From the IMG/VR virus record IMGVR_UViG_3300045988_152178: a stretch of DNA of 64,000 nucleotides; one strand, written 5' to 3'. Made by a program: the position numbers and the translations under genes. The number at the start of each line of letters is the position of its first letter. The stretch's first letter is position 1. The notes under the pieces were generated by a model. The model was not told the DNA's origin, ran no database searches, and was given only the letters and a program-made list of their open reading frames with translations. Source of the stretch: a virus. Shown in pieces: positions 7,989 to 15,801 of this stretch.

Positions 7989-8372
7989 ATGTCGGAGATT
8001 ATTTGTAACAATACGACAACGTTTCTTGCAAGACGATTGTTTGATAATGGTGAATCTTTGGTGTGCAAGTGTGATACATACGGTGATACGTACAAGAGAG
8101 TTGGAACGATTGAAGGTTTAATAACTACACTGACGATCACTGGAAGAGATAAGAATATATACTCTTTCCGTATCATAGACGAGCAACGTCAACCTTATAA
8201 AGATCTGACTAGGATAATATGCAATAGATTGGCGGGCGAGCCGAAAGACAGTGCAAGCTCAATCGGTCAGATATTCCTGGATAAGCAAGGTTATTGGGTT
8301 ATGTTTGAGGACTGTAGCTATCCTGACAACCACACGACGTTGGAGTTTCATAAAATTGGCGTTTACGCATAA
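7989..8372 (+). CDS. hypothetical protein (127 aa)
   Basis: ORF preceded by the 27-nt repeat at 7956-7982 and followed by two GC hairpins (8383-8425). Confidence 0.65.
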   Translation: MSEIICNNTTTFLARRLFDNGESLVCKCDTYGDTYKRVGTIEGLITTLTITGRDKNIYSFRIIDEQRQPYKDLTRIICNRLAGEPKDSASSIGQIFLDKQGYWVMFEDCSYPDNHTTLEFHKIGVYA

Positions 8373-8681
8373 AACGAAAAAGCCCCGACCTAAGCCGGGG
8401 CACCGCGAGCCTTCTGGCTCGAATCTACGATAGTAGAAATTTGGCTCTATAAGAGCGTTTAAATCCGCAGACTTTGAAGAGTCTGACCGTCAACGGAAGT
8501 TATATTGCTCTTTCCATTCCATAAAGGTTCGATTAAATCAATATCCATAAAGGTACGATTAAAGCCTTCCGAAGACGGTGCAAATTTAAGAAATAAAATA
8601 ATACGTTGTATCATTTCACCCGAATTATTAATATTAATTAAGAATTTTCAGCCCTACCGCATCACGGCGAAGCGGATTTTT

Positions 8682-8867
8682 ATGGAGGATACCAAAACAA
8701 CGAATAAGAAAGGCAGACCTGCTGCTGAAGGCAAGAAGCGACAGTACGTCATCCCTGACGATGTGCATGAGTGGATCATGAGTCATGGCGGCAGCAAGTA
8801 TATTGCTGACACCTTCCGAGCTATAAAGGCTACGACCTTACAGGCGCAGGAGGACCCATCTTTATAG
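8682..8867 (+). CDS. small basic protein (61 aa), possible DNA binder
   Basis: The ATG at 8682 follows the second copy of the 27-nt repeat. The N-terminus is KKGRPAAEGKKR. The upstream part of the track ORF (8505-) looks non-coding. Confidence 0.5.
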   Translation: MEDTKTTNKKGRPAAEGKKRQYVIPDDVHEWIMSHGGSKYIADTFRAIKATTLQAQEDPSL

Positions 8868-8942
8868 TATCGGCAAAACTTCACCGATACTGCGATAAAA
8901 ATACAAACATCAATTTTAATACTTCTAAAAGATTATAGCATT

Positions 8943-9065
8943 ATGAAAAAAGCAATCACATATTCCCTTGCAGCCCTCGCCTTCGTAGGTGTAGCCGTGC
9001 TGCTCTTCTCTACCATCGGCGTGGCAGTATTCTTCCTGCCACTTCTGGCAGGAGCATTCAAATAG
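8943..9065 (+). CDS. small hydrophobic membrane peptide (40 aa, below the track cut-off)
   Basis: Reads MKKAITYSLAALAFVGVAVLLFSTIGVAVFFLPLLAGAFK. Immediately followed by a 19-bp-stem hairpin. Confidence 0.45.
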   Translation: MKKAITYSLAALAFVGVAVLLFSTIGVAVFFLPLLAGAFK

Positions 9066-9068
9066 AAA

Positions 9069-9111
9069 AATATCGCAGGGGGCGCAAGGATATTGCGCCC
9101 CCTGCGATATT
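9069..9111 (+). terminator. strong hairpin, perfect 19-bp stem, loop GGATA
   Basis: AATATCGCAGGGGGCGCAA / TTGCGCCCCCTGCGATATT read directly. Confidence 0.7.
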
Positions 9112-9150
9112 CAGATATATATATAAAGAACAATTTTAAAACTAAGAAAC

Positions 9151-9981
9151 ATGAAAGATAATGAAGAAATAGTAGCCATTCCTTATAATGATCATGCCAT
9201 TTTCGTTGATGAGTATGGCATATTGAGTGAGCGTGTTGGTATAGCATGGAAGAAGAGCAAAGATGTTCCAGATAGATTAGACAAGCCGTATTATATCGGC
9301 GATGATGACTACTGGCATATCCCTGCAGGTGCAAAGGACGACTTTGATGATAACCCAGTTATCGCCCATCGTGGCGAAACGATACCCTTTGAAAATCTAT
9401 GTCATGTCTTTGGATATACTCGATATATTTCATCACTTATTTCTGATCTAGAAAATTATGATGTTCATATAGATAAATCGAATATGACTGGTTCCTTAAA
9501 GGTATTCATAAACCACTGCTTTTATAATGACGGAGATTCTGAAGATAAATGCTGGTATTGTGGACTGACGGTAGAAACAGACAAGAATGTGGTAGTAATG
9601 TCTTTAAATGAGATTCTACATTCTTCGGCTAGTGGTTTAGAGAATGAGGAAGAGGATATATTAGAAAAGCTGAGAGACCGCCTAGTTCCTTTCCTGATAG
9701 AATACCGCAAGCTGTTTCATTCTAAGGTTGAATTTGGAGTTTTCTTCAGGAAATCAACTTCCCCGAATGCTAACGACCGCAAAAAGGAAAACCGTATCAT
9801 TTATGATAAAGAAAAGAAGTATCTCGGAACGATAAGGAGATTCGTGCAGGATGAATTTAAAAAGCAGTGGAACGAGTTCCTGGATAAAGAGTATCAGGAG
9901 GAAGCATATAAAAGTAAGTCTGACGAGTGGCAGCAGGAAGCCGCCAGCAAATACGATATGTACCCGAACCTGATGGAGTAG
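9151..9981 (+). CDS. hypothetical protein (276 aa)
   Basis: Long ORF. No family recognised. Confidence 0.75.
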   Translation: MKDNEEIVAIPYNDHAIFVDEYGILSERVGIAWKKSKDVPDRLDKPYYIGDDDYWHIPAGAKDDFDDNPVIAHRGETIPFENLCHVFGYTRYISSLISDLENYDVHIDKSNMTGSLKVFINHCFYNDGDSEDKCWYCGLTVETDKNVVVMSLNEILHSSASGLENEEEDILEKLRDRLVPFLIEYRKLFHSKVEFGVFFRKSTSPNANDRKKENRIIYDKEKKYLGTIRRFVQDEFKKQWNEFLDKEYQEEAYKSKSDEWQQEAASKYDMYPNLME

Positions 9982-9996
9982 GTTTCCTTACGTTAT

Positions 9997-10032
9997 TGCA
10001 TCGGCGGAATATCACTGAGTTTCGCCGATGCA
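9997..10032 (+). terminator. hairpin TGCATCGGCG-16nt-CGCCGATGCA
   Basis: 10-bp perfect stem 16 nt after the stop. No T-run follows. Confidence 0.45.
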
Positions 10033-10084
10033 AAAGAAAATAGAGCTTTAAGATATATCTATAACAACTTAAAATTTTTGGCTT

Positions 10085-10360
10085 ATGAGAACGAAAAAGT
10101 TTTTGTTTGCCACCACCTTTTTGATGATGGCAGCGTGCATGATGATGAACACTTCATGTATCGAGTATGTGGACGAGACAGCGGAGAACGGAGGCAGCCG
10201 GCAGGTGGCTGACAAGGCTATTGTGAAACTGCGGTTTACTTCGCCAGAAAATGATGACGTGAGCGTGAGCCAGTCTGCCTGCCTGACAACTCGCCTACCC
10301 TATCACGCGTGCCGAACTGGCTGCCAACGACAAGGCGATGACCGACCTCTACATCTTTGA
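10085..10360 (+). CDS. small putative lipoprotein (91 aa), possibly a gene fragment
   Basis: Signal peptide with a lipobox-like MAAC (MRTKKFLFATTFLMMAAC). The C-terminal third is Cys/Arg-rich and looks poorly coding. Confidence 0.45.
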   Translation: MRTKKFLFATTFLMMAACMMMNTSCIEYVDETAENGGSRQVADKAIVKLRFTSPENDDVSVSQSACLTTRLPYHACRTGCQRQGDDRPLHL

Positions 10361-10480
10361 TTACGACAAGGCAACGAAAGCATAAAAGCATAAATACATA
10401 AAAACATAAATACACAAAAGCACAAAAGCACGCATAAACGCACGTTTGTGCGTTTATGTATTTATGTGTTTATATATTTA

Positions 10481-10640
10481 TTGATTTATTTCTTTCTTCA
10501 TTGGTTTATTTATTTCTTTCTTCATTGGTTTATTTATTCCTTCGTTGGTTGGTTTGTTTCTTCATTGGTTTATTTATTCCTTCGTTGGTTGGTTTGTTTC
10601 TTCATTTATTTCTTTCTTCATTAGTTTCTTTGTTCATTCA
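10481..10640. repeat. T-rich degenerate direct repeats, including an exact 40-bp tandem duplication (10521-10560 = 10561-10600); candidate centromere (parS)
   Basis: Read directly: TTCATTGGTTTATTTATTCCTTCGTTGGTTGGTTTGTTTC occurs twice, flanked by related TTTCTTTCTTCATTGGTTTATTTAT units. Lies 280-430 bp upstream of parA. Confidence 0.8.
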
Positions 10641-10826
10641 TTGGTTTATTTCTTGATTGATTTATTAGTATATTTGTTTCAATACATCAATCCATACATA
10701 AAAGCATTAAAAATATTAAAAACATTTGGTGGTTTAAAATTAAAACCTTAACTTTGCAGCATTAAAACACAAAAGCATAAAAGCACAAATGTGCATTTAT
10801 GCGTGGATGCGTTAGTGGTTTTATTG

Positions 10827-10854
10827 AAAGAAAGAAACATAGCTTTCTTTCTTT
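10827..10854. promoter_or_regulatory. palindrome AAAGAAAGAAA-6nt-TTTCTTTCTTT upstream of parA (candidate operator)
   Basis: Perfect 11-bp arms, 63 nt upstream of the parA ATG. Confidence 0.45.
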
Positions 10855-10916
10855 GAACAAAGAAATGAATACATTAATAAATATATATATATAAACGAAT
10901 TAATACTTTTAAGATT

Positions 10917-11789
10917 ATGGCAGAAACAAGATTAAAAGAAATCCTCGCCTTCGTAAATCACAAGGGGGGAGTTGGTAAGACAACAACCGTACAGAGTTTG
11001 GCAACTGGTCTTCGCCGTTATGGTAAAGGTTACTTTGGTAGGGGTGAAGATGGCAAGGAGCGCAAACCTCGTATCTTGCTTATTGATTTGGACCCTCAGT
11101 CAAGTCTCTCCTTCCTCTTCGGATGGAGTGAGGCAGAGAATATCGGAAAGCCTACTGTATACGATGCGATGATACAGCAGTCTCCCTTGACCGTCTATCA
11201 GGTAAGAGAGGGCATCTATCTTGCTCCAGCATCTTACCGGCTTATCAATATCGAACCTTTCCTTAATCAGATGCCGGTACCACGCAAGGCTTTGTATAAG
11301 TTATTCGGCAAGCCGCTGACGGAAGTACGAGGCGACGAATTGGCTACAGAAGGAGTTTTATCTATCCTGGAGGCTTTCGATTATGTTCTGTTAGACTGCC
11401 CACCAGCGCTATCTCTGCTTACGCATAACGCCCTGTCGGTGGCAACGGGTGTGGTAATACCTATCCAGCTCGAAATGCTGGCAACGAAAGGTATTGCCGA
11501 AATTCTGAATGCGGTGCAGGAAACCCGTGAAGACTTGAATCCTGATATTGATATTCGAGGCTTGTTTATGGTGATGAGTAATGATCAGACGAGAGCCACT
11601 AAGCAGTTTAAGGAGTATCTGGGCAATAAGTTTGATGATTACATGTTCGATTCGTACACCCGTCGAGATACGAAGATGGTAGAGGCGCAGGCTATCAATC
11701 AGGATATATTCTCTTATTCGCCTTACAGCAGAGTAGGGCAGGACTACGAGAATTTTACGAAGGAAATTTTGGCTAGTATGCCGGAATAA
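10917..11789 (+). CDS. parA: ParA/Soj-family partition ATPase
   Basis: Deviant Walker A FVNHKGGVGKTTTV at the N-terminus and the Walker B-like YVLLDCPP. Length (290 aa) and context fit. Confidence 0.9.
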   Translation: MAETRLKEILAFVNHKGGVGKTTTVQSLATGLRRYGKGYFGRGEDGKERKPRILLIDLDPQSSLSFLFGWSEAENIGKPTVYDAMIQQSPLTVYQVREGIYLAPASYRLINIEPFLNQMPVPRKALYKLFGKPLTEVRGDELATEGVLSILEAFDYVLLDCPPALSLLTHNALSVATGVVIPIQLEMLATKGIAEILNAVQETREDLNPDIDIRGLFMVMSNDQTRATKQFKEYLGNKFDDYMFDSYTRRDTKMVEAQAINQDIFSYSPYSRVGQDYENFTKEILASMPE

Positions 11790-11818
11790 TGATGTTTAAT
11801 TTTTAGTGATTTACGATT

Positions 11819-12232
11819 ATGGCAAGACAAGCAAAAAGTAGCATACATAAGTTTGAAGGTTTGGAAGATTCGCCAGCCATCAAAGGTATAGAAAAGATTT
11901 ATGAGGCAAATGAGGAAGCTCGCCAGAAGCGCGCTGCCGAGGCATTGGAGAAACAGCAGAACGGGCAGGGTACCGCAGAGTCGGAACCTGCACCCCAGGC
12001 TGAAGCACCTTCGCAGTCTCCGGTTCCTCCTGCATCAGCCGCTCCTATTTCTGCTCCCGACCCTGCACCTATGAGAAAGGCTGGCAAGAAGACGCAGAAC
12101 GGTATCACCATCTATGTGCCGATGGATTACTACATGCAGATATTGCAGATGAAGATGGAGACGGGTACGCCTATCAAGGACATCGCTCTGCAGGCAGTCA
12201 TCGAGTATCTGGATAGACATAAGAACGGATAA
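11819..12232 (+). CDS. ParG-like centromere-binding protein (ribbon-helix-helix C-terminus)
   Basis: Pro/Ala-rich disordered middle, then ITIYVPMDYYMQILQMKMETGTPIKDIALQAVIEYLDRH, which fits a strand-helix-helix pattern. Lies directly downstream of parA. Confidence 0.6.
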   Translation: MARQAKSSIHKFEGLEDSPAIKGIEKIYEANEEARQKRAAEALEKQQNGQGTAESEPAPQAEAPSQSPVPPASAAPISAPDPAPMRKAGKKTQNGITIYVPMDYYMQILQMKMETGTPIKDIALQAVIEYLDRHKNG

Positions 12233-12236
12233 TGCA

Positions 12237-12320
12237 GGTAAACGAAAAGTCAGATTTGAAGGTAAACTGAAAAGTGGTTTTGAACCTATTTACCTTTCTG
12301 AATCTGACTTTTCGTTTACC
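12237..12320. repeat. Iteron cluster A: one exact and one degenerate direct copy plus one inverted copy of GGTAAACGAAAAGTCAGATT
   Basis: 12237-12257 direct, 12261-12281 degenerate, 12301-12320 exact reverse complement. Confidence 0.85.
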
Positions 12321-12419
12321 TAAAAACGAAGTCTTTAAATAGAAAATTATAAGATTATAGATATTATATATATTAGTAAAATCTTAATAGTTTAGTTTTC
12401 AGATACTTATAAAGCTACT

Positions 12420-12551
12420 GGTAAATGAAAAGTCAGATTTTGGTAAATGAAAAGTCAGATTTAGGTAAACGAAAAGTCAGATTTAGGTAAACGAAAAGTC
12501 AGATTTAGGTAAACGAAAAGTCAGATTTAGGTAAACGAAAAGTCAGATTTG
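12420..12551 (+). repeat. Six contiguous 22-bp iterons GGTAAAYGAAAAGTCAGATTTN ending 2 nt before the rep ATG (replication origin / rep operator)
   Basis: Units start at 12420, 12442, 12464, 12486, 12508 and 12530. Preceded by an A/T-rich stretch (12322-12419). Confidence 0.9.
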
Positions 12552-12553
12552 AT

Positions 12554-13846
12554 ATGAATGAAGATAATGAAAACAAGGGTTTAGCCTGGATAAATACTCC
12601 TTTTTCGCTCACGAAACTGGATAAGCAATACACTTTGTTCCAGCAGAACGTGTTGATGCTAACGAGTACCCACCTCCAAAAATTTGTGGATGAGTACTTC
12701 CTGGAGAAAAGACAGTTGGGCGACGCTCGTTCTGATTTTCTTTTTGAGCAAGGCGTGGATCATGCTGTGATGAATATCCCGCCTATCAAGATAGATATTC
12801 ACGATTTCATTACTTACGAGAATATGAGCTATCAGAAGTTGAGAGCGGAGCTGAAGACAAGTATTCTTGATATGGCGGTGAAGAGCACACTGCCCGATGG
12901 CAGCGAGGAATTTACGCATATATTCAGCCGAATGCGTATACCGTTATCAAAGAACGGATATACGACTAAGGACGGAAAGAAGGTGGACCGCATACTGGGA
13001 TATATCCTGCTTGAGATTGACCCGAAACTTTCTAAGCGTGTATTCGATATGGGGCAGGGGTATATTCACCATATATCCATGATAGCAAAGTTTGCCAAGA
13101 ACGTGAACACTCCACGCGTATATATCTATCTCTTGCGTCAGATAGGTTTGAACCGCAGCATGGATATATCGGTGCCTTTCCTGGAACTGAAGTCTTATCT
13201 CGGTTTGGTAGAACTAGATAACAACAAGAAGGAGATTCTGCTAAATGAACTTGGCGAACCAGTAATGAACAAATATCCCAAGTTCTCGCAGTTTCGGAAG
13301 CAGGTTCTCGATGTGGTGTGTAGGGATTTGCAGAGGATGGAGAAGTTATCGCAGACGGACATTGTATTTGATGAACTGAAAGACGATGACATCATCTATA
13401 AATCGGGCAAGAGGAAAGGTGATCCTGAGTTTATCAGGTTTCACGTCAGGCGCACAGTAGTAGGTGAGAATCATTTATCCAAGGATAAGAACACCGATAT
13501 TGCCGCTACTCTGAATGAGCAATACAAGCAGAACAGCGTACAGAAGAACGGAAAACTGGTAGAGGGTGATATATTCGCCCATGTGCATCAGTCTATGGAA
13601 AGCAAGATTATAACCGAGAGCGGACAGGGCACCGACAAGTGGAAGGCATTCTGCAAGCTCATTATAGGCGACGCTGAAAAATCACTGGTTTCTCGCATTT
13701 CTTTCGTCGGCATGAAGAACGACAGGTTCTGCGTAGAGTGCAGCGATGATGACTTTGATATGATACGGAAGTTGGGTATCGAGGAGAAGGCAAAAGAGTT
13801 CTTCGATTGCAAAGGTTCCTTAGCTCCGGTATTCTACCGAGGTTAA
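12554..13846 (+). CDS. Replication initiator protein (Rep_3-like, iteron-binding)
   Basis: N-terminus INTPFSLTKLDKQYTLFQQNVLMLTSTHL resembles the Rep_3 pattern (a.y.L.l.eq.ll). The iteron array abuts the start. Confidence 0.6.
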   Translation: MNEDNENKGLAWINTPFSLTKLDKQYTLFQQNVLMLTSTHLQKFVDEYFLEKRQLGDARSDFLFEQGVDHAVMNIPPIKIDIHDFITYENMSYQKLRAELKTSILDMAVKSTLPDGSEEFTHIFSRMRIPLSKNGYTTKDGKKVDRILGYILLEIDPKLSKRVFDMGQGYIHHISMIAKFAKNVNTPRVYIYLLRQIGLNRSMDISVPFLELKSYLGLVELDNNKKEILLNELGEPVMNKYPKFSQFRKQVLDVVCRDLQRMEKLSQTDIVFDELKDDDIIYKSGKRKGDPEFIRFHVRRTVVGENHLSKDKNTDIAATLNEQYKQNSVQKNGKLVEGDIFAHVHQSMESKIITESGQGTDKWKAFCKLIIGDAEKSLVSRISFVGMKNDRFCVECSDDDFDMIRKLGIEEKAKEFFDCKGSLAPVFYRG

Positions 13847-13960
13847 AGGTAAAAAAGTAAAAAGGTAAAAAGAGCCTAGCGGGATATATCGCCCTGCTGT
13901 TCTTTTTACCTTTTTACCTTTTTACCTTTAAATATCCTTTTTACCCTTTTACTTTAAAAA
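13846..13960. repeat. Inverted clusters of GGTAAAAA (3 forward, 4-5 reverse) flanking a 31-bp spacer just after rep
   Basis: Forward copies at 13848, 13857 and 13864. Reverse TTTTTACC copies at 13903, 13911, 13919 and 13938. Confidence 0.8.
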
Positions 13961-13990
13961 CGTTGTCCCGTTCCTTTCTCCTCTTTTTCG

Positions 13991-13998
13991 TACCTTTG
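13991..13998 (+). promoter_or_regulatory. TAnnTTTG -7 box (TACCTTTG)
   Basis: 30 nt upstream of the ATG at 14028. Confidence 0.45.
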
Positions 13999-14027
13999 CA
14001 CCAGAACATTAAAAGAAATGAAAACGT

Positions 14028-14648
14028 ATGAAAAGGAAAGAGATTATTCGACTACTCTTGATTGCAGTAGTGATGATGATGTTTACGGCATGTGCCTCTT
14101 CTCGACGGGTGGTTAGTGATAACCATCAGGAAACGAAGGATAGCGTATCGGCTATTCAGCAGGACAGTGTGCATAAGCAGGTAGCGGTGAGCGACAGCGC
14201 AGCCGTTAAGGTGAACGAGGATAAGCATACTTCTTCTACATCGACGGAAACTGGCGAGTATGTGGAAACTATCCATGAGCAGATTACCGAGACCACCGAT
14301 TCTTCCGGCAATAAGCAGACTACCACCCACCGCACCACCCACCGCAAGGGCAGTTATAACAACCAGTCTTCCTACGATGAGCGATTGCAGCACCAGCAGC
14401 AGGAAATCAATCAGATGCAGAAATCCATCGACAGCCTCGCTATCAGCACCCGCAATGATGTTGGTACCCACTGGGAAACCCACGACAGTTTATCAGATAC
14501 GCAGGAGAAAAATACCGCAGAAACGAGAAAGGCTAACTGGATGCAGAAAGCCAGACAAAACGCCTTTGCCCTGTTCCTGCTTATCGTGATAGTTCTGGTA
14601 CTCACCTTCATCAATAAACATACCGACAATGGGGAAGGGAAGAAGTAA
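14028..14648 (+). CDS. putative lipoprotein / membrane-anchored protein (206 aa)
   Basis: Signal peptide LLLIAVVMMMFTAC, a Ser/Thr/Gln-rich low-complexity body, and a C-terminal TM segment AFALFLLIVIVLVLTFI. Confidence 0.7.
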   Translation: MKRKEIIRLLLIAVVMMMFTACASSRRVVSDNHQETKDSVSAIQQDSVHKQVAVSDSAAVKVNEDKHTSSTSTETGEYVETIHEQITETTDSSGNKQTTTHRTTHRKGSYNNQSSYDERLQHQQQEINQMQKSIDSLAISTRNDVGTHWETHDSLSDTQEKNTAETRKANWMQKARQNAFALFLLIVIVLVLTFINKHTDNGEGKK

Positions 14649-14946
14649 AAAAAATAAGCAGTACGGTTACGACATCGTGGATAACGACGAGCAGGTAGAG
14701 GTTACGCTGCAGGATTTCGTTATCCCTGCGAAGATAGAAGCCTTCTGCAATCAGTTCAAGCCGCTTGAACACTGGACGGAAGACTGCGAGATGTTTAATG
14801 ATGCAAGGCTTCGGGAATACTTCAAGGCTATTGTCTGTCCACTCGGAGACCCGCTTTCGCTCTATCTTCAGGAGCTAGGCTATAAAGGTTTTCACATGCA
14901 GCATGATGAAAGCGGCGAGCCGGTCATCTATTGCAGGGTGCTCTAG
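14629..14946 (+). CDS. hypothetical protein (105 aa)
   Basis: ORF overlapping the previous stop by 20 nt. Followed at +3 nt by the conserved hairpin element. Confidence 0.6.
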   Translation: MGKGRSKKNKQYGYDIVDNDEQVEVTLQDFVIPAKIEAFCNQFKPLEHWTEDCEMFNDARLREYFKAIVCPLGDPLSLYLQELGYKGFHMQHDESGEPVIYCRVL

Positions 14947-14949
14947 CCC

Positions 14950-14974
14950 CCGTTCCCAGCGATTCCATCGCTGG
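14950..14974 (+). repeat. Conserved hairpin element, copy A (CCGTTCCCAGCGATTCCATCGCTGG)
   Basis: 8-bp stem CCAGCGAT/ATCGCTGG with loop TCC. Starts 3 nt after the stop. Confidence 0.9.
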
Positions 14975-15073
14975 TTTCCTTCTCAAAAATACAATATTTC
15001 GCCGAAAATAATATATACAATATTTCTCGAAAATTATATAATAGATTTCTAATTACTTAAAAAACAAGGATTT

Positions 15074-15652
15074 ATGGAAAAAGGAAAAAGACCTCACAAC
15101 TATCTGAAGATAGCTGAGGAGAGTGAGACAGGCAAGAAGCTGAAGGCTTTTCTTGCCGAGTGTAGTGAAGCAAGCGAGAAGGCGAGAGCTTGGGTAGAGA
15201 AACAGGGCGGCGATACCTATTATGAATCGCCCGAAGGCTTTGCCGGTGGCGTGGAGATGGTGGAGTTTAAAAACACCATCAACAGAAAAGACTGGACGAA
15301 CGTTCAGGTGCCTACCAAAGATGGATGGCAGAGTACTTCACTTTTTGTTCCCGAGGAGAACAGCGAACTGGAGAAGGAAATGATGGCGCTGCCTGTTGTG
15401 AGCGAAATGAACCTGATAGGTATTCTTCTGCTCAAACCTATTGAGGCGAAAGATAAGGATGGCAATCCTATCAAAGACAAGGACGGGAACGCAGTCATTC
15501 TTCCGTTCTCTTTCGGTGATACGGCTCCTGCCTTGTTCCGCTATCGTGGCTTCTGGTACACCGATGTGCCTTACGAGAGCCTGTCAGACGATTGTCAGGT
15601 AATCACAGAGAAGGAATATCGCCGCAGAATGTCGGCAACAAATGAGTCATAA
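15074..15652 (+). CDS. hypothetical protein (192 aa)
   Basis: Long ORF followed by a T-run terminator. Confidence 0.75.
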   Translation: MEKGKRPHNYLKIAEESETGKKLKAFLAECSEASEKARAWVEKQGGDTYYESPEGFAGGVEMVEFKNTINRKDWTNVQVPTKDGWQSTSLFVPEENSELEKEMMALPVVSEMNLIGILLLKPIEAKDKDGNPIKDKDGNAVILPFSFGDTAPALFRYRGFWYTDVPYESLSDDCQVITEKEYRRRMSATNES

Positions 15653-15762
15653 GTAATCGTGAGATTATTCTTTTTCTTAGAAGCGTTCTAATCGAATTTT
15701 AGAAATGATCTTAATTTTTTATTAGTTTTTGGTTATTAGTTTAGATTTTTTATTATCTTCTT

Positions 15763-15800
15763 AGGTCGCCCGTCCGTAATGGATAGGCGACCTTTTTTTT
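15763..15800 (+). terminator. Rho-independent terminator (AGGTCGCC...GGCGACCT + T8)
   Basis: 8-bp GC-rich stem followed by TTTTTTTT at 15793-15800. Confidence 0.75.
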
Positions 15801-15801
15801 G

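Noticed and set aside
8519-8563. GGTTCGATT, reminiscent of a tRNA T-loop
   Set aside because: The flanks cannot form a T-stem, acceptor stem or anticodon arm. It is part of a 19-bp direct repeat. I found no convincing tRNA anywhere in the window.
10085-10381. Idea that the small lipoprotein gene is a frameshifted 5' fragment of a fimbrillin-like gene (the alternative frame reads ITRAELAANDKAMTDLYIFDYDKATKA)
   Set aside because: The resemblance is only a short pattern recalled from memory. The alternative frame has a TGA just upstream, and the nearby CTGC repeat does not restore a fused frame. The evidence is insufficient without a database search.
10456-10751. Track ORFs 10456-10656 and 10545-10751, encoding Leu/Phe/Ser-rich peptides
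   Set aside because: They are simply translations of the T-rich tandem repeats upstream of parA. They have no plausible start context and repeat the DNA period exactly.
12420-12551. Regularly spaced 22-bp repeats as a possible CRISPR array
   Set aside because: The units are contiguous with no spacers, are far shorter than CRISPR periodicity, and abut a Rep gene. They are iterons.
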